Shown piece after piece: positions 61,008 through 64,000 of a stretch of 64,000 nucleotides of DNA. This DNA is from Flavobacteriales bacterium (GTDB lineage Bacteria; Bacteroidota; Bacteroidia; Flavobacteriales_F; PHOS-HE28), in the NCBI GenBank assembly GCA_019912395.1, contig JAIOIH010000014.1, positions 16,800 through 80,799 of the forward strand, written 5' to 3'. Each line of letters opens with the position of its first letter. Position 1 is the stretch's first letter. Made by a program: the position numbers and the translations under genes. The notes beneath the pieces were generated by a model. The model had not been told where the DNA came from. It worked only from the letters and a program-made list of their open reading frames with translations, and made no database searches.

Positions 61008-61859
61008 TCAACTGGTCTCCATGGTCCGCTGCAGTTCCTTTTCGCGCAGCCTCTGGTCGCGGAATCCGCCCCAGAGCGCGGCACCGATGGCCCCGGCGTA
61101 GATCGCATCGGGATGGGTGCGCACCTCGAAGCCCTTACTGCTTTCCTCCAGGGCCTCGTTGATCGCCTGGATCATGCCCTTGTTGAGGGCCATGCCGCCG
61201 GTGAGCACGATGGGCGAAACGGCCTTCAACGAACTCATCAATTTGATGATGCGCGACGCGATGCTGACGTGGATGCCCTTGATGATGTCCGGTGTGGCGA
61301 TGCCCCGCGAGACCATGTTGATCACGTCCGTTTCGGCCAGCACGGCGCAGATGCCGGAACTGACCTCGGGCTGTGTGCTCGTCAGGGAGACGTCGCCGAC
61401 CTCCTCGATGCTCAGGCCCAAATAGCGCGAGATGTTCTCCAGGAACTGGCCCGAGCCCGAAGCGCATTGCCCGGTCATCTTGTAGTCCTCCACGCGCGCC
61501 TCGGTGGAGATCCGCACGGCGCGGACATAGAGCGCGCCCATGTCCACCACGGTGCGCGCCTCGGGGAAGAAGTAGTTGCCGCCGCGCGCATGGGTGGTCA
61601 TGCCGTAGAAGTGGCCGCGCTTGCGCTTCACCATGTCGCCTTCGCCCGTGCTGGCGAGGTAGGCGATGTCCTCGTACCGGAGCTTGTTGCGCTCCAGCAT
61701 GGACTGCACCATTTCGTCGCCCAAGGCCGAAGGGTCGCGTTTCCGGATCTTCTCCGTGCGCTTGTCGATCACTTGGGGATCCTCGTTGTAGTCCATGAGC
61801 ACCAACTTGATGAAGTTGCTGCCCACATCGATGCCCATGGTGTATGTGCGGTTCTCCAT
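61008..61859 (-). CDS. bcrD: Benzoyl-CoA reductase subunit D (class I, Thauera-type)
   Basis: STGEG...GHFYGMTTHARG...YKMTGQCASGSGQFLENI...ICAVLAETDVINMVSRG...YAGAIGAALWG. Confidence 0.92.
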   Translation of the reverse strand: MENRTYTMGIDVGSNFIKLVLMDYNEDPQVIDKRTEKIRKRDPSALGDEMVQSMLERNKLRYEDIAYLASTGEGDMVKRKRGHFYGMTTHARGGNYFFPEARTVVDMGALYVRAVRISTEARVEDYKMTGQCASGSGQFLENISRYLGLSIEEVGDVSLTSTQPEVSSGICAVLAETDVINMVSRGIATPDIIKGIHVSIASRIIKLMSSLKAVSPIVLTGGMALNKGMIQAINEALEESSKGFEVRTHPDAIYAGAIGAALWGGFRDQRLREKELQRTMETS

Positions 61860-61868
61860 TGTTTCTCG

Positions 61869-63011
61869 TTAAGCTGTTCCCAATTGCATTTCCACTGTTC
61901 GTTCCGTACACCGTACGCCGCGTTCCTCAAGGTGGTCCATCACCGCTTGGAAGCAGGACCCGTCCGCGCCGACAAGCTCCGGAGGGCAGAGCCCCTTCCG
62001 GGTGAACCCGCCCCGGAGCAGCAGTTCGGCGACCGCCGTACAGGTGTAGCCCGTGGTGCGCGCCATGGAGCTGATGCCGCCTTCGCGATCGAAGCGGTCC
62101 AGCAGTTCATGGGTGTGCGTCCCCGCCGCGTTCTTCAGCGTCACGCGCATCACGGTGAGGTCCTCGTCTTCCGGTTCCATTTCCCACAGCGGGAAAAGCA
62201 GTTTGCTCGTCAGGCGCAAGGGCGACACCATCGTGCCGTCCACATCGATGGGCTCCGGGGAGAACAGGCCGGTGGCGCGGAACACCTTCATCAACTCGGC
62301 GTGTCCGGGATAGCGAAGGGTGCGCTCCACCATGTGCGGCACCTCGGACATGGTGGCCAGCAGCGTGCGCAGGCCGTCGGTGTTGAAGGCCTCGAGGGTG
62401 CCTACCCCTTCCCACTCCATCTCCTCTATTTCGCTCAAGGCTTCGCGCTCCGCGTTGCGGCCGTTCACCCGCATATGTACCGGGCGCGTGTACTCCTCGA
62501 TCACATCAGCGGGCGAGAAGACGGCCTTGTAGCCGAAGGGCCATTCGGGCGTGCCGGGCAATCCACCCACAAGGCATTCGTAGCTGGTGAGGGGGCTCTG
62601 GTGGTGGTGATGACCGGCGATGATGTTGCACAGTCCGGGCGCCACGCCGCAATCGACCACGGCGGTAACGTTCTTCTCCCGCGCTACCTCGTCCAGAACA
62701 AGGGGATCCTCCGGAAAGAACGAGATGTCCACCACGTTGCGCCCGGCCTCTATCACCGTTCGCAGGGTGGCGAAACCCAGGGCACCGGGCACCGCGCCGA
62801 TGATCAGGTCGAACGGGAGCACCGCTTTCGCCAAGGCCTTCCGATCGGTGACATCGAGCACGAGCGGCGTGATCGGATGTTGCCGTGCGAGCGCATCGAG
62901 GGCAGCGGGATCGCGATCGGCACTGGTCACGAGATGCCTACGGCACAGATCGACGGCGATCGCCTTTCCGATCAGACCTGCACCAAGGACCAGTACCTTC
63001 CTTTTGCTCAT
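61869..63011 (-). CDS. Saccharopine dehydrogenase / lysine 6-dehydrogenase family oxidoreductase
   Basis: LGAGLIG, VDISF, DCGVAPGL, VGGLP, EAFNTDGLRTL, TLRYPGH, MARTTG. Confidence 0.88.
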   Translation of the reverse strand: MSKRKVLVLGAGLIGKAIAVDLCRRHLVTSADRDPAALDALARQHPITPLVLDVTDRKALAKAVLPFDLIIGAVPGALGFATLRTVIEAGRNVVDISFFPEDPLVLDEVAREKNVTAVVDCGVAPGLCNIIAGHHHHQSPLTSYECLVGGLPGTPEWPFGYKAVFSPADVIEEYTRPVHMRVNGRNAEREALSEIEEMEWEGVGTLEAFNTDGLRTLLATMSEVPHMVERTLRYPGHAELMKVFRATGLFSPEPIDVDGTMVSPLRLTSKLLFPLWEMEPEDEDLTVMRVTLKNAAGTHTHELLDRFDREGGISSMARTTGYTCTAVAELLLRGGFTRKGLCPPELVGADGSCFQAVMDHLEERGVRCTERTVEMQLGTA

Positions 63012-63018
63012 GGCTGTC

Positions 63019-64000
63019 TCACGCGACCTTCGCGCTTTTCTTTTGGTCCGGCAGTTCGGCCTTCACATTGCGCCGGGCGAACATGGCACCACCGAGGGCG
63101 CCCATGAAGATGGAATCGGTGTGGATGTTGATCGTGATCCCCTCGCCGTAGTTCTCCCGCACCAGTTGGCCGAGGTATTTGATCACGGCCTGGTTGCGGG
63201 CCACGCCTCCGGTGAAGGTGAATTCGTTGAACACCCCGCCCGAGCGGGCGATCAGGGACATGGCACGCATGATGATCGCCTTGTGCAGTCCGCCGAGGAT
63301 GTCCTCGCGCTTCTCGCCCAGGTTGGTCAACTCGCGCAATTCGGCCCCCGCGAACACCGTGCAGGTGCTGCAGATGTTCACCTCCTTCTCGGCCTTCAAG
63401 GCCAACGGCCCCAGTTCGTTCAGCGAGATGCTCATCTCGTCGGCGATGTATCCCAGGTAGCGGCCGCATCCGGCGGCGCAGCGGTCGTTCATCTGGAAGC
63501 TGGTCACCAGTCCGTACTGGTCCACCTGGATGGCCTTGGTGTCCTGCCCGCCGATGTCGAGCACGGTGCGGGTGTCGGGGAATACGGCATGGGCACCGAA
63601 GGCATGGCAGAGGATCTCCGAGCGGATGCAGTCCTCGGGGAAGGGCAACAGGGCCCGTCCGTAACCGGTGCCGGTCATGTTGGCGATCTGGAAGTCCAGG
63701 CCGGCCACTTCGTCGATGCGTTCGCGCAGCGATTCGGCCACGGTGTTGAACTGTCCTTTCAAGAGGTACATCTCCTGATCGAAGGCGGGGCCGTCCACGA
63801 TGGTGGATCCCTGCGGCTCATCGGGCAGGTTGGCATACTTGTCCTTGAGCAGTTCCATGGCCTCATGCACCAGGGTCTTGAACTCGAACTTCACCACCTC
63901 GTTCTCCGCCGGGGTGATGCTCTTGTCCCAAACGGTCATCAGCGGCTCGAAGAGCTCGGTGGGAAGGAGGGACACCTGCTCATTGTACTTCTCCGAGACG
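63019..64000 (-). CDS. bcrA: Benzoyl-CoA reductase subunit A (5' end outside the window)
   Basis: GTGYGR..LPF....IRSEILCH...LDIGGQDTK...FQMNDRCAAGCGRYLGYIADEM...STCTVFAGAELR...FTFTGGVA; frame is open to the window edge. Confidence 0.93.
   Translation of the reverse strand, partial: VSEKYNEQVSLLPTELFEPLMTVWDKSITPAENEVVKFEFKTLVHEAMELLKDKYANLPDEPQGSTIVDGPAFDQEMYLLKGQFNTVAESLRERIDEVAGLDFQIANMTGTGYGRALLPFPEDCIRSEILCHAFGAHAVFPDTRTVLDIGGQDTKAIQVDQYGLVTSFQMNDRCAAGCGRYLGYIADEMSISLNELGPLALKAEKEVNICSTCTVFAGAELRELTNLGEKREDILGGLHKAIIMRAMSLIARSGGVFNEFTFTGGVARNQAVIKYLGQLVRENYGEGITINIHTDSIFMGALGGAMFARRNVKAELPDQKKSAKVA

Overview
GC-rich bacterial window, most likely Bacteroidota/Flavobacteriales (inferred from a T9SS-type C-terminal domain, TAnnTTTG-like promoter motifs and Bacteroidota-like gene families). 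It has four blocks. (1) 1-6.9 kb: a copper/heme cluster containing a secreted lysyl-oxidase-like protein missed by the ORF track, an MbnP/MbnH-like pair, a Crp/Fnr regulator, DUF302 and a multicopper oxidase. (2) 7-21.2 kb: tpl-tnaA-queD, a diheme cytochrome c-narGHJI nitrate reductase operon, and modE-moaE-moaCB. (3) 21.3-48.6 kb: an accessory/defence region with a complete type I-C CRISPR-Cas system (about 109 repeats, 108 spacers), an atypical LuxR regulator followed by an alternating 21-bp tandem array and an FN3 gene, a repeat-flanked restriction-modification pair, a heme-binding gene and a DUF4145/HEPN-TM-TPR gene bracketed by a duplicated gene 3' end. Modular palindromic repeats sit at the cassette junctions. 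(4) 48.6-64 kb: an anaerobic benzoyl-CoA pathway operon (bcrA, bcrD, had, oah, dch, thiolase, HAD/ECH) with an embedded unexplained module (saccharopine-dehydrogenase-like, radical SAM, CoA ligase, 2-hydroxyacyl-CoA dehydratase-like, PanE-activator fusion). Six RTGAY-N4-RTCAY boxes suggest a shared Crp/Fnr regulon. All calls come from reading motifs by eye; no database searches were run.
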